A stretch of DNA of 64,000 nucleotides from positions 2,592,001 to 2,656,000 of the forward strand of contig OZ255836.1 of the NCBI GenBank assembly GCA_965277715.1, written 5' to 3'. Shown piece by piece: positions 1 to 13,809 of the stretch. This DNA comes from Gammaproteobacteria bacterium (GTDB lineage: Bacteria; Pseudomonadota; Gammaproteobacteria; JBCCGL01). How positions within the stretch are numbered: the first letter of the stretch is position 1; each line of letters starts with the position of its first letter. The notes under the pieces were generated by a model, which had not been told where the DNA came from, did no database searches, and saw nothing but the letters and a program-made list of their open reading frames with translations. A program made the translations under genes and the position numbers.

Positions 1-26
1 AATTTGCGGAGTATCACCGCCGCTGA

Positions 27-3000
27 TTTCTAAGCTGCCTGTGCGGCAGTGAACGGAACAAATGTACTCGAAAGAAGTGAGAGAATTTTCTAAGCTGCCT
101 GTGCGGCAGTGAACGGAACAAATGTACTCGAAAGAAGTGAGAGAATTTTCTAAGCTGCCTGTGCGGCAGTGAACAAAATATTACCCCGCGCAAGCATAAA
201 ATGAACTTTCTAAGCTGCCTGTGCGGCAGTGAACGCTTGTTTGCTAAACCTTTCTTTTTGCCCTTTTTTCTAAGCTGCCTGTGCGGCAGTGAACTATCAT
301 TGTCTCTATCTTTATCGAATTCAAAATTTCTAAGCTGCCTGTGCGGCAGTGAACGTTGGTAAACGCACAAAGATTGTTCTTGATGACTTTCTAAGCTGCC
401 TGTGCGGCAGTGAACTTGCAGATTGTGCTGCAACTGTTATCAGCTTATTTCTAAGCTGCCTGTGCGGCAGTGAACCAGTCAGTTTTGGCATGTATCGCCA
501 GTGGATATTTCTAAGCTGCCTGTGCGGCAGTGAACAACCGCGCATGTGTGCAGTCATTTACGCGTTTTTTCTAAGCTGCCTGTGCGGCAGTGAACGTGCA
601 TCATAGTTATCAAAGGGTATGCCAATTTTTCTAAGCTGCCTGTGCGGCAGTGAACCCAAGCAGTGGCTGACGCCGGGCAAAAATAACTTTCTAAGCTGCC
701 TGTGCGGCAGTGAACGTATTGTCATTCCCATATTTTTGCTTTCATCATTTCTAAGCTGCCTGTGCGGCAGTGAACTGTCAGTGCCTACGGGCCGTTACTC
801 CCTCGCATTTTCTAAGCTGCCTGTGCGGCAGTGAACTAGACGCAGACGATGCAGAACGTATGCTGGATTTTCTAAGCTGCCTGTACGGCAGTGAACTTCC
901 CGGAATCGATGCAACGCCTCTGCCCACATTTCTAAGCTGCCTGTACGGCAGTGAACATCAAACTCATTGAATAAATCACAATTGCAGATTTTCTAAGCTG
1001 CCTGTACGGCAGTGAACGGCTATTGGCATCACGCAGTAGTTTCTGCAAATTTCTAAGCTGCCTGTACGGCAGTGAACGACCATGTTCACGGCGTCGATTT
1101 CAACAAGTGTTTCTAAGCTGCCTGTACGGCAGTGAACATTAAATGAAACCGACCGCGCTTTGCGCCGCCTTTCTAAGCTGCCTGTACGGCAGTGAACAAA
1201 AATATCACCGTGCAAAACGTGGTGTCCGTTTTCTAAGCTGCCTGTACGGCAGTGAACCATTGACTAATGTGCAAGCCGGTTTTAGTACCTTTCTAAGCTG
1301 CCTGTACGGCAGTGAACCGCAATTAAATGAGCTTAGGCTCATAATCAATTTTCTAAGCTGCCTGTACGGCAGTGAACTGTTATTGCAAGATAGTTCTAGA
1401 AAGTATCCGTTTCTAAGCTGCCTGTACGGCAGTGAACATCTTCGTTCATCGTATTCTTCTCGTGCTGTCTTTCTAAGCTGCCTGTACGGCAGTGAACCTG
1501 CTGTGGCGCAAAATGTAGTTATCGCACTATTTCTAAGCTGCCTGTACGGCAGTGAACATCATATCAACTGATCATAACGCTGTACTTGCGTTTCTAAGCT
1601 GCCTGTACGGCAGTGAACATAACAGCGCGGTTAGTAGAGTTGAAGGCCAATTTCTAAGCTGCCTGTACGGCAGTGAACCCGACGATTTTATAGACAAAGC
1701 GCACGATATTTTTCTAAGCTGCCTGTACGGCAGTGAACTTCCACATATTCACCGGAAAATCAAGCTCTGATTTCTAAGCTGCCTGTACGGCAGTGAACGC
1801 ACAAGATCTTGCTCATACGAAACCATTAATTTTCTAAGCTGCCTGTACGGCAGTGAACGACGTGAGGAGCCTACGATCTTGCCTGATATCTTTCTAAGCT
1901 GCCTGTACGGCAGTGAACACCATCTCCTTTGCTTGTGCCTTGCGAAATTGTTTCTAAGCTGCCTGTACGGCAGTGAACGCTGAACTTGCATTATTAATGA
2001 TTCAAGACGCTTTCTAAGCTGCCTGTACGGCAGTGAACACCATCTCCTTTGCTTGTGCCTTGCGAAATTGTTTCTAAGCTGCCTGTACGGCAGTGAACGG
2101 TTGGCGCCCGCGTAGTAGCATTTCCGTATTTTTCTAAGCTGCCTGTACGGCAGTGAACGATGTTCAAAATGAGGCGGCTTTATTTATTATTTTCTAAGCT
2201 GCCTGTACGGCAGTGAACCCGTTATGCGCATAAACAATAATTTTTTGCGCTTTCTAAGCTGCCTGTACGGCAGTGAACTATGGATAAAATCTCATATAAA
2301 ACAGGGAGGGTTTCTAAGCTGCCTGTACGGCAGTGAACGATAGTATAGTCGAGTCCGCCCCGGATGTACATTTCTAAGCTGCCTGTACGGCAGTGAACCA
2401 GTAAATAACCCACTCATAATTGTAGGCGCTTTTCTAAGCTGCCTGTACGGCAGTGAACTCTAAACAACTTAATGACCACTTTATCGCACATTTCTAAGCT
2501 GCCTGTACGGCAGTGAACATATTTTTAAACTCGCACTAAGCGGCGCAACATTTCTAAGCTGCCTGTACGGCAGTGAACGTCTGGATAATATTGGACGCGA
2601 CATTGATCTTTTTCTAAGCTGCCTGTACGGCAGTGAACACAGTCAACTTAGTGCAATTTGCCACGCTGTCTTTCTAAGCTGCCTGTACGGCAGTGAACTA
2701 ACAACTTCATTAATTAATTCAGCATAACTCTTTCTAAGCTGCCTGTACGGCAGTGAACATATGTATCCTTCTGATAGTCTTCATCATGGTTTTCTAAGCT
2801 GCCTGTACGGCAGTGAACACAGTTAGAAGAATGCAAAGAAGCTTCGTGAATTTCTAAGCTGCCTGTACGGCAGTGAACGTTCCGCATTAGAAGGATTTAT
2901 TTTAAGAGCATTTCTAAGCTGCCTGTACGGCAGTGAACTGGAATGACTAATGATATTCTTTCGTTTTTGATTTCTAAGCTGCCTGTACGGCAGTGAACGG

Positions 3001-6000
3001 TTGCCGGTGGAAGGGCCGGGCAACAGCGTTTTTCTAAGCTGCCTGTACGGCAGTGAACTTATGCGCGGAGAGCTGAATCTCCTGGCCGCCTTTCTAAGCT
3101 GCCTGTACGGCAGTGAACTCCGGGGCGACCATGTCCTACTTGATGTAAATTTTCTAAGCTGCCTGTACGGCAGTGAACGGTTGTCGGTGAGTTGATTACC
3201 CGTATATTCTTTTCTAAGCTGCCTGTACGGCAGTGAACTGGACGGGGCCTTTTCAGCCACGTTAAATGACTTTCTAAGCTGCCTGTACGGCAGTGAACTG
3301 TTGCTCAGCAGGCCACTTGCCTGAAACAAGTTTCTAAGCTGCCTGTACGGCAGTGAACTGTGATATTACCTCCTTCATTGGCCAAAATATTTTCTAAGCT
3401 GCCTGTACGGCAGTGAACTTATCGGTGTTGCCTGTATCCGTTACTGTATTTTTCTAAGCTGCCTGTACGGCAGTGAACCCTTTGCCATCGATGATTCGGT
3501 GGTCGTAAGATTTCTAAGCTGCCTGTACGGCAGTGAACCGATACCTCGCCACGCCCAAAAAGCCGCCAAATTTCTAAGCTGCCTGTACGGCAGTGAACCT
3601 TCACTTCATATCTAGCTCTGATAACTATCATTTCTAAGCTGCCTGTACGGCAGTGAACTACCGGGCCATGGATATGACTGTCGAGGAAGATTTCTAAGCT
3701 GCCTGTACGGCAGTGAACCAGGAGCGGGTACAAACACGACAATTTCAACTTTTCTAAGCTGCCTGTACGGCAGTGAACGCATTCCTTGCGGCAGGCGTAA
3801 CAATCTATTTTTTCTAAGCTGCCTGTACGGCAGTGAACTATTTCCTGATTAAATAAATGTTGGTATAAATTTTCTAAGCTGCCTGTACGGCAGTGAACAT
3901 TTCTGCCAATTGTCCCAGACGAGACGATAATTTCTAAGCTGCCTGTACGGCAGTGAACGATTTGACGCGTTTTTTTGAATTATATTCTAATTTCTAAGCT
4001 GCCTGTACGGCAGTGAACCGGACAGGATATTAGATGATTGTGTGTTGTCATTTCTAAGCTGCCTGTACGGCAGTGAACTACTTTACTTCATCTTTGCCCT
4101 GGCCGCAGAATTTCTAAGCTGCCTGTACGGCAGTGAACAATTCCCGGTAATTCCAGCGCCGGGAGTGCAGTTTCTAAGCTGCCTGTACGGCAGTGAACTA
4201 CTCGGTTCCGGACATGATAGACATGGTTCCTTTCTAAGCTGCCTGTACGGCAGTGAACAAACTAATGTATCTTATTTTTAAAATCAATAGTTTCTAAGCT
4301 GCCTGTACGGCAGTGAACTTGGAAATATTGTTAAACTGGGAACATGGACATTTCTAAGCTGCCTGTACGGCAGTGAACAAAGCACACAATTCGCCGGTAA
4401 TTTTCAAAACTTTCTAAGCTGCCTGTACGGCAGTGAACTATAATCGGCGCGCAGAAAGATAATGAATATTTTTCTAAGCTGCCTGTACGGCAGTGAACGA
4501 AAAGGAACGCATAGCATCATCGTCTGTATATTTCTAAGCTGCCTGTACGGCAGTGAACTTCTGTCATCAACAAATGAATCAGCTGTTGACTTTCTAAGCT
4601 GCCTGTACGGCAGTGAACTATCAAGATATGGTGGGTATGGCGCTTGTACATTTCTAAGCTGCCTGTACGGCAGTGAACAATCCTTCATACATTTTAAATT
4701 TAATTCAAACTTTCTAAGCTGCCTGTACGGCAGTGAACATTTTTCCCATCGTTTCTAATTTATAGCATTCCTTTCTAAGCTGCCTGTACGGCAGTGAACA
4801 ATCGTTTGAAATGATAGAGAGAGACTTGAGGTTTCTAAGCTGCCTGTACGGCAGTGAACTGTTGGTAGGCGTTGCGATAAGCTGATAAACCTTTCTAAGC
4901 TGCCTGTACGGCAGTGAACATTCAAAAACAGCCGTGCCTGGGGACGCTTGGTTTCTAAGCTGCCTGTACGGCAGTGAACTTACCGGCGCACTAAGAGACT
5001 TGGCATCATCCTTTCTAAGCTGCCTGTACGGCAGTGAACGATTCAAACATTTAATGAAATTGAATTATTTATTTTCTAAGCTGCCTGTACGGCAGTGAAC
5101 GCTGATTTTGGTATCGTATTTGTCCTGCAAAGTTTCTAAGCTGCCTGTACGGCAGTGAACGTTGGAAAGGGGTACACGTTCGAGCTGTGTGACTTTCTAA
5201 GCTGCCTGTACGGCAGTGAACATGATGTGGCCGGAACCATGTCTATCATGTCATTTCTAAGCTGCCTGTACGGCAGTGAACTTTTTAATTATGATTGATG
5301 CGGTGGGGTCGCTTTTCTAAGCTGCCTGTACGGCAGTGAACGTTTGCGTGATAGTCAAAATCGCGCAGTAATCTTTCTAAGCTGCCTGTACGGCAGTGAA
5401 CCCCCTTCCCCCGTTATTTAACGGCTGTATATACTTTTCTAAGCTGCCTGTACGGCAGTGAACAAGTGGCGGAGACAAGGGAAAGATCAGAAAAATTTCT
5501 AAGCTGCCTGTACGGCAGTGAACGCGGCGTTGAGAGACTGCTGGCAACTTACAACTTTCTAAGCTGCCTGTACGGCAGTGAACAGAGAAGAGAAAAAGAC
5601 GAAAAATTCATGTTCTTTCTAAGCTGCCTGTACGGCAGTGAACGGGCCACGAGCGGATAAGATATTGTGGGCATACTTTCTAAGCTGCCTGTGCGGCAGT
5701 GAACCATCGACGTGGTTGATGCTAGTGATTTATATGTTTCTAAGCTGCCTGTGCGGCAGTGAACATGAAAACTTCTACAGACTCGAGCTTAAAGACTTTC
5801 TAAGCTGCCTGTGCGGCAGTGAACCCGCTGCACCGCGATGATTCGTTTTAATAAACTTTCTAAGCTGCCTGTGCGGCAGTGAACACCCGATGCAAACAAT
5901 TACATAGAAACTAAAGTTTCTAAGCTGCCTGTGCGGCAGTGAACTAATGCCCTCTTTAAATAACGCACTACAAAGCTTTCTAAGCTGCCTGTGCGGCAGT

Positions 6001-9000
6001 GAACGATTATTTACTGATGTGTGCTTCGACATAACGTTTCTAAGCTGCCTGTGCGGCAGTGAACTTACAATTATGGGGGTCGCTAATGACTAAAATTTTC
6101 TAAGCTGCCTGTGCGGCAGTGAACCGATGTTCAAAATTTAGTTACAGCGCAAACAATTTCTAAGCTGCCTGTGCGGCAGTGAACAGGTTTAGGTATCTTA
6201 CTTGCTTTAATTAACTTTTCTAAGCTGCCTGTGCGGCAGTGAACGCACACAATAAGCAGGTTACAAGTAAAGTGCGTTTCTAAGCTGCCTGTGCGGCAGT
6301 GAACTTTTGAATGCAAATTTAGACCCGCTGCGCGGTTTTCTAAGCTGCCTGTGCGGCAGTGAACCGAAGCTCAGCGCTTAGCATATCGTGAACCTTTTTC
6401 TAAGCTGCCTGTGCGGCAGTGAACTATAGCGTATTTGGCCTGCAAAAATTCCTGAATTTCTAAGCTGCCTGTGCGGCAGTGAACTACACGGGCGGGTATG
6501 TTGAGCGGAATGTAGACTTTCTAAGCTGCCTGTGCGGCAGTGAACGTGAATTGGAGAAGCGGTTACGAAGATTTGCATTTCTAAGCTGCCTGTGCGGCAG
6601 TGAACGGGATTCAGGTGAAGGTGGAGGTGGAGGTTCATTTCTAAGCTGCCTGTGCGGCAGTGAACTTGTTTACATCGCGACTGTACAGCGCAGCGTATTT
6701 CTAAGCTGCCTGTGCGGCAGTGAACTTTTAAGCGGCAGTTCACTAGTAACGAATAGATTTCTAAGCTGCCTGTGCGGCAGTGAACTGCTAGTTGCAGCAC
6801 GCGCCTCTGTCCACACCTTTCTAAGCTGCCTGTGCGGCAGTGAACTAATACCGTTGTTGCGTACAACGGCGCCACTTTTTCTAAGCTGCCTGTGCGGCAG
6901 TGAACTGGTACGTCGAAGAAAGTTATAAATTACTTGATTTCTAAGCTGCCTGTGCGGCAGTGAACAAATAGGCGATGATCAAGTGGCGCCCATTAGCTTT
7001 CTAAGCTGCCTGTGCGGCAGTGAACAATGTTTCAGAAGCAGGGGCGCTAAACCAATATTTCTAAGCTGCCTGTGCGGCAGTGAACGTGTGGGTGTTTTTC
7101 ATGATAGCACTGGAAGTTTTCTAAGCTGCCTGTGCGGCAGTGAACCATACTATCTGACGCCGGTAACGGGGGGGAACGTTTCTAAGCTGCCTGTGCGGCA
7201 GTGAACTTGGGCAGGGTCTGCTCATAAATTCGCGCAATTTTCTAAGCTGCCTGTGCGGCAGTGAACTTTTCGGCAAAGGAGAAACTAATACACAACTCTT
7301 TCTAAGCTGCCTGTGCGGCAGTGAACCAGGTGTTCAATTCAGTTGGAATGGCTTTACTTTTCTAAGCTGCCTGTGCGGCAGTGAACAGCCGGGGTAAACT
7401 GTTACCGTCGCATCGTTTTTTCTAAGCTGCCTGTGCGGCAGTGAACACGGCGGGGGGCCAGGTACTCGAGCTGAGCGCTTTCTAAGCTGCCTGTGCGGCA
7501 GTGAACGGTTAATAGTTACTTCTAACGTGCCGCCCACGTTTTCTAAGCTGCCTGTGCGGCAGTGAACACGGTGTGCGTCAAATCGTGACTAGCGGCGTTT
7601 TTCTAAGCTGCCTGTGCGGCAGTGAACCGGTACCGCCGGTACCGTACCGGGTTACGGTATTTCTAAGCTGCCTGTGCGGCAGTGAACTAATAAAGGGCAA
7701 TTTAATTTCTGATCGTGTGTTTCTAAGCTGCCTGTGCGGCAGTGAACTGATGTGGGTAACGTCAAAATCCTCGACGATATTTCTAAGCTGCCTGTGCGGC
7801 AGTGAACAAATAAAAAAGATGAAATTACGCATGCTGAAATTTTCTAAGCTGCCTGTGCGGCAGTGAACTTCAAGAACAACTTGCGGCCGCTAAAGGGGGT
7901 TTTCTAAGCTGCCTGTGCGGCAGTGAACGTCATTTACTGTTTCAATTTTATGTTAATGACTTTCTAAGCTGCCTGTGCGGCAGTGAACTGCCCGGGCCAC
8001 ATTCTAATTCGTTTGACTTATTTCTAAGCTGCCTGTGCGGCAGTGAACCGGCGCTGTTGTCGTCAAACACCAGTGAAACATTTCTAAGCTGCCTGTGCGG
8101 CAGTGAACATGCGGGAATAGTGGGCGAGTATTCGGCAACGTTTCTAAGCTGCCTGTGCGGCAGTGAACTTAGAAATAAATTCACCAGCGCGTACATGCAC
8201 TTTCTAAGCTGCCTGTGCGGCAGTGAACAAGTTCTACGGGGCGGGATTTAAGATAAAAGATTTCTAAGCTGCCTGTGCGGCAGTGAACATTCATTAAAAT
8301 ACTCTCTTTAATTCCGCACGTTTCTAAGCTGCCTGTGCGGCAGTGAACCCCCTCGACGGGTAATCGCCCCATCGACGATATTTCTAAGCTGCCTGTGCGG
8401 CAGTGAACATATTTTGCACCCCATCGGTTTTGGATTTAAATTTCTAAGCTGCCTGTGCGGCAGTGAACGCTCAAGTATCGCTGTAGTTTTTATGCCAGGG
8501 TTTCTAAGCTGCCTGTGCGGCAGTGAACTCCAACTACTGGAATGTACAGACTTAATAACATTTCTAAGCTGCCTGTGCGGCAGTGAACGATTATTACCGT
8601 CGTATGCGCACCAAATGAATTTTCTAAGCTGCCTGTGCGGCAGTGAACTTCACGATGGACGAGAACTAGTACTAGTAATGTTTCTAAGCTGCCTGTGCGG
8701 CAGTGAACAAAGACCTTGCAAAAAATGGGGTGGCAAAACTTTTCTAAGCTGCCTGTGCGGCAGTGAACGCTAGAGACTAAGTTCAATAAATTATTTGAGT
8801 TTTCTAAGCTGCCTGTGCGGCAGTGAACATTGCAGGTCTATTTTAATAACTGTGTGGAAATTTCTAAGCTGCCTGTGCGGCAGTGAACTCTGTCAATCCT
8901 TCCTGGCCACGGCTGTCGCGTTTCTAAGCTGCCTGTGCGGCAGTGAACTAGTGCATTGATAATATCTTGGGGTAATTGCTTTTCTAAGCTGCCTGTGCGG

Positions 9001-12000
9001 CAGTGAACCTGGTTTTGTTATCACCCACCGGCACATTGACTTTCTAAGCTGCCTGTGCGGCAGTGAACGATCAGAAACCGTGGCGAAAATATCAATTTTA
9101 TTTCTAAGCTGCCTGTGCGGCAGTGAACTCCTGAATTAATCGATTAAATGCTTGCATGCCTTTCTAAGCTGCCTGTGCGGCAGTGAACCGGGTTCTGAAG
9201 CACTTTTATTGTCATTGTCCTTTCTAAGCTGCCTGTGCGGCAGTGAACGAGGGAATTTAGTATTTTATTGGGATCGGTACTTTCTAAGCTGCCTGTGCGG
9301 CAGTGAACAAAGATTTAGTGAAGGCAGAAAGAGCTATACATTTCTAAGCTGCCTGTGCGGCAGTGAACTGTTGCGCCCCTTGTCAAATGAATATTATTTG
9401 TTTCTAAGCTGCCTGTGCGGCAGTGAACCGACTAATTGAGTCGACAAACAAACAAATAGATTTCTAAGCTGCCTGTGCGGCAGTGAACCAGACGGAGCGT
9501 TATTTTACAAAGACGAAAAATTTCTAAGCTGCCTGTGCGGCAGTGAACCTATGTTAAGTGAATATTCGTACTAGTGAAGATTTCTAAGCTGCCTGTGCGG
9601 CAGTGAACTAAAGCAGTCACAAGCTTATAAATTGGTTCTGTTTCTAAGCTGCCTGTGCGGCAGTGAACAATACCTACCCTGATCATCAATATCTAAAATA
9701 TTTCTAAGCTGCCTGTGCGGCAGTGAACGCCCAAATTTACCCGTTATTATTAGCATTAATTTTCTAAGCTGCCTGTGCGGCAGTGAACCAGAAAGCACCG
9801 GTGTGCACGTAGGCCAAAACTTTCTAAGCTGCCTGTGCGGCAGTGAACACGCGCTGCGCCCCGCACGCGATATTATTTACTTTCTAAGCTGCCTGTGCGG
9901 CAGTGAACGTTGCGTGCATATCCTTGTCGTGTTGACCGACTTTCTAAGCTGCCTGTGCGGCAGTGAACTATGAACTTATTCATCGAGTGACTCTATATCA
10001 TTTCTAAGCTGCCTGTGCGGCAGTGAACCTGTCGATTTTATTTGGGAACCTTCGTGGAACTTTCTAAGCTGCCTGTGCGGCAGTGAACACGCCCCCGGGA
10101 AACCGGGGCAATTAACTAGATTTCTAAGCTGCCTGTGCGGCAGTGAACAGTTATTAACAGCGGGAATCACGCGCTGATTCTTTCTAAGCTGCCTGTGCGG
10201 CAGTGAACAGATATGTGATCGTAGAAGCTAATGATACAAATTTCTAAGCTGCCTGTGCGGCAGTGAACATGAGTAGTGTTGTGCGTGAAAATTATAAAAA
10301 TTTCTAAGCTGCCTGTGCGGCAGTGAACAGTATGATAAATTATTTATAAACTCTGTGATCTTTCTAAGCTGCCTGTGCGGCAGTGAACCATCGAACGAAT
10401 CGAGCGTGCTATCTTTGAATTTTCTAAGCTGCCTGTGCGGCAGTGAACGTCAAAATGTAAAAGTCAGGACTTTAAATGTATTTCTAAGCTGCCTGTGCGG
10501 CAGTGAACTATATAATGAGCACCGGTTCATCCGCCAGCACTTTCTAAGCTGCCTGTGCGGCAGTGAACGGTGGGCGGTCTACAAAAATCACTTAAGAAAT
10601 TTTCTAAGCTGCCTGTGCGGCAGTGAACGGGGTGTGAGTTTACTTGCATTAAATTCACTGTTTCTAAGCTGCCTGTGCGGCAGTGAACGGCAGCGAGTGG
10701 CAGTAATCGGCGATGGCAACTTTCTAAGCTGCCTGTGCGGCAGTGAACATGCAAGAACAATCTAAAATACAATACTTATTTTTCTAAGCTGCCTGTGCGG
10801 CAGTGAACTTGGTAAACAAAGCGTGAACGCGGGAAAAAACTTTCTAAGCTGCCTGTGCGGCAGTGAACAAAGAACTGCCATTGCTCGAATGCCGTAGTAT
10901 TTTCTAAGCTGCCTGTGCGGCAGTGAACCACCCCACAACGCGTAAACGTAACGGGTACTTTTTCTAAGCTGCCTGTGCGGCAGTGAACCCCGATTCGCTC
11001 AATTCATAAAGTCCTACCACTTTCTAAGCTGCCTGTGCGGCAGTGAACGTTAACGCATATAATATAGAACACATACTCACTTTCTAAGCTGCCTGTGCGG
11101 CAGTGAACACTGCTAATTTTCCAATTTCCACGATTGTTGATTTCTAAGCTGCCTGTGCGGCAGTGAACTGTGATATAGCGGAATCGTGGGGCCTATGCGT
11201 TTTCTAAGCTGCCTGTGCGGCAGTGAACTATATCCGCTTATTGGCGGTAGGGGAGTCAGATTTCTAAGCTGCCTGTGCGGCAGTGAACTACTCTGGGGTG
11301 GAAACATGCATTTGATTATTTTTCTAAGCTGCCTGTGCGGCAGTGAACGCGTGAAAAACTGGTATTGCACAATATCAGAATTTCTAAGCTGCCTGTGCGG
11401 CAGTGAACTGTGTTTCGACGAGCACATTTTTGGCGCAGAGTTTCTAAGCTGCCTGTGCGGCAGTGAACTGACGAAAAGGATGTCACATAGCTTAGTGTTG
11501 TTTCTAAGCTGCCTGTGCGGCAGTGAACTTCGTAGAGCATTGAAACTTGCTGAGGTTGATTTTCTAAGCTGCCTGTGCGGCAGTGAACTGCCAGAACCGT
11601 TTATATGGTGTGCTTATGATTTTCTAAGCTGCCTGTGCGGCAGTGAACATATTTTTGCCAGCATTGAAATTTTACTATAATTTCTAAGCTGCCTGTGCGG
11701 CAGTGAACAAACGGATAGTATCGAAAGTGCCGCTATCATTTTTCTAAGCTGCCTGTGCGGCAGTGAACTATTAGAAGCGGTTAGGCATATAACAAAAAAA
11801 TTTCTAAGCTGCCTGTGCGGCAGTGAACGTTGTTGCGCATAGCTATATAAAGATGTTAAGTTTCTAAGCTGCCTGTGCGGCAGTGAACAATAGGATTGTA
11901 TTTTGATGGATGCGATAAAGTTTCTAAGCTGCCTGTGCGGCAGTGAACGCCCACAAAAGACGCAACAGGCAGCTATTTATTTTCTAAGCTGCCTGTGCGG

Positions 12001-13809
12001 CAGTGAACTGAAGATAAATGATCTTTATGAGAGTGACTTTTTTCTAAGCTGCCTGTGCGGCAGTGAACTTATAATACTCGATGTTATTCGTTTTCAAAAA
12101 TTTCTAAGCTGCCTGTGCGGCAGTGAACGGGGGTGGGGAGACGCGGTATTTTATGTTAGTTTTCTAAGCTGCCTGTGCGGCAGTGAACATTTCATCACAC
12201 GCACGCACGTACTGCTGATATTTCTAAGCTGCCTGTGCGGCAGTGAACAAATAATTGATCTTAAAACGATCAAAAAAACATTTCTAAGCTGCCTGTGCGG
12301 CAGTGAACTACTAATATCGCGCCACAGCCAGCCTATATATTTTCTAAGCTGCCTGTGCGGCAGTGAACGAATAAATTATTACCCACTTGCGATAAATCAC
12401 TTTCTAAGCTGCCTGTGCGGCAGTGAACAGCGGAATTAGAGGATCGGTATGGGCCGATGCTTTCTAAGCTGCCTGTGCGGCAGTGAACCGACGAAGGCCC
12501 CACTTACCGAGTCGTTGACTTTTCTAAGCTGCCTGTGCGGCAGTGAACTACGCCCGCTGGATGCCAGACGCCAACCCCCATTTCTAAGCTGCCTGTGCGG
12601 CAGTGAACCGGTAGTGGGGAATCCGATACCAGTTTTTTATTTTCTAAGCTGCCTGTGCGGCAGTGAACTAGATATAAGTCACGTAGAGAGGGCTTTTTAT
12701 TTTCTAAGCTGCCTGTGCGGCAGTGAACTTGAAAAGCATTAGGGCGGATCGTGAAAATCATTTCTAAGCTGCCTGTGCGGCAGTGAACTTGTTGAAAGTG
12801 ATACACCGTCTTATGTATACTTTCTAAGCTGCCTGTGCGGCAGTGAACCGGGTTCTGAAGCACTTTTATTGTCATTGTCTTTTCTAAGCTGCCTGTGCGG
12901 CAGTGAACTTTGTATGATGGCGTTGTTATTGGGAAAGACATTTCTAAGCTGCCTGTGCGGCAGTGAACGTATTTTACCCAGCTCCAGCTCTGCTGAACAT
13001 TTTCTAAGCTGCCTGTGCGGCAGTGAACGGTGGTGGTGAAGTTTATGGTTACAAGGAAGATTTCTAAGCTGCCTGTGCGGCAGTGAACCATTTATGTGCT
13101 CGCTTTTCAACGACATCGAATTTCTAAGCTGCCTGTGCGGCAGTGAACCTGGCGCTGGAAAAGCCACGGGTTTCGAGCCATTTCTAAGCTGCCTGTGCGG
13201 CAGTGAACCAAGGGTTGTACTCGGGGTCAATGTCTTGGTATTTCTAAGCTGCCTGTGCGGCAGTGAACGCCTAATAGCCTCAATTTCACGCTCAACTTCG
13301 TTTCTAAGCTGCCTGTGCGGCAGTGAACAGGTTTTTACAAAGCGTGCCCAGACGGTAATCTTTCTAAGCTGCCTGTGCGGCAGTGAACGAGCTAGGCGCG
13401 CTGGTCAATTTAAGTAAAATTTTCTAAGCTGCCTGTGCGGCAGTGAACTTTGGTGCATAGCAGGGGATCCGGGAGGCCTTTTTCTAAGCTGCCTGTGCGG
13501 CAGTGAACGTAAAAGAAGGCGCTACTACAGTATCTGTAGTTTTCTAAGCTGCCTGTGCGGCAGTGAACGCAGGCGTGGGCGTGGATTTTGTTTTTATTTT
13601 TTTCTAAGCTGCCTGTGCGGCAGTGAACTATTAGAGGCGGTTAGGCATATAACAAAAAAATTTCTAAGCTGCCTGTGCGGCAGTGAACGACGGGGAGTAT
13701 GTGCTAAGCGGGGCGCAGACGTTTCTAAGCTGCCTGTGCGGCAGTGAACCATCGAGGGCGGATGAGATTTGGTCTGGTCTTTTTCTAAGCTGCCTGTGCG
13801 GCAGTGAAC
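27..13809 (-). CRISPR. Type I-F CRISPR array, about 230 repeats (GTTCACTGCCG(C/T)ACAGGCAGCTTAGAAA) with mostly 32-nt spacers; probably extends beyond the left edge
   Basis: 28-bp repeat at about 60-bp periodicity with the CTGCC-loop-GGCAG hairpin typical of Cas6f (Csy4) substrates. The window begins with a partial 26-nt spacer. The count comes from coordinate arithmetic (14+80+136). Confidence 0.99.

Noticed and set aside
6606-6637. Spacer encoding DSGEGGGGGS, reminiscent of inovirus pIII glycine linkers
   Set aside because: Low complexity; the target cannot be assigned without a search.
11769-11800. Spacer contains GTTAGGC...ATAAC, resembling integron core sites
   Set aside because: No match to any attC or attI in the window; the motif is too short.
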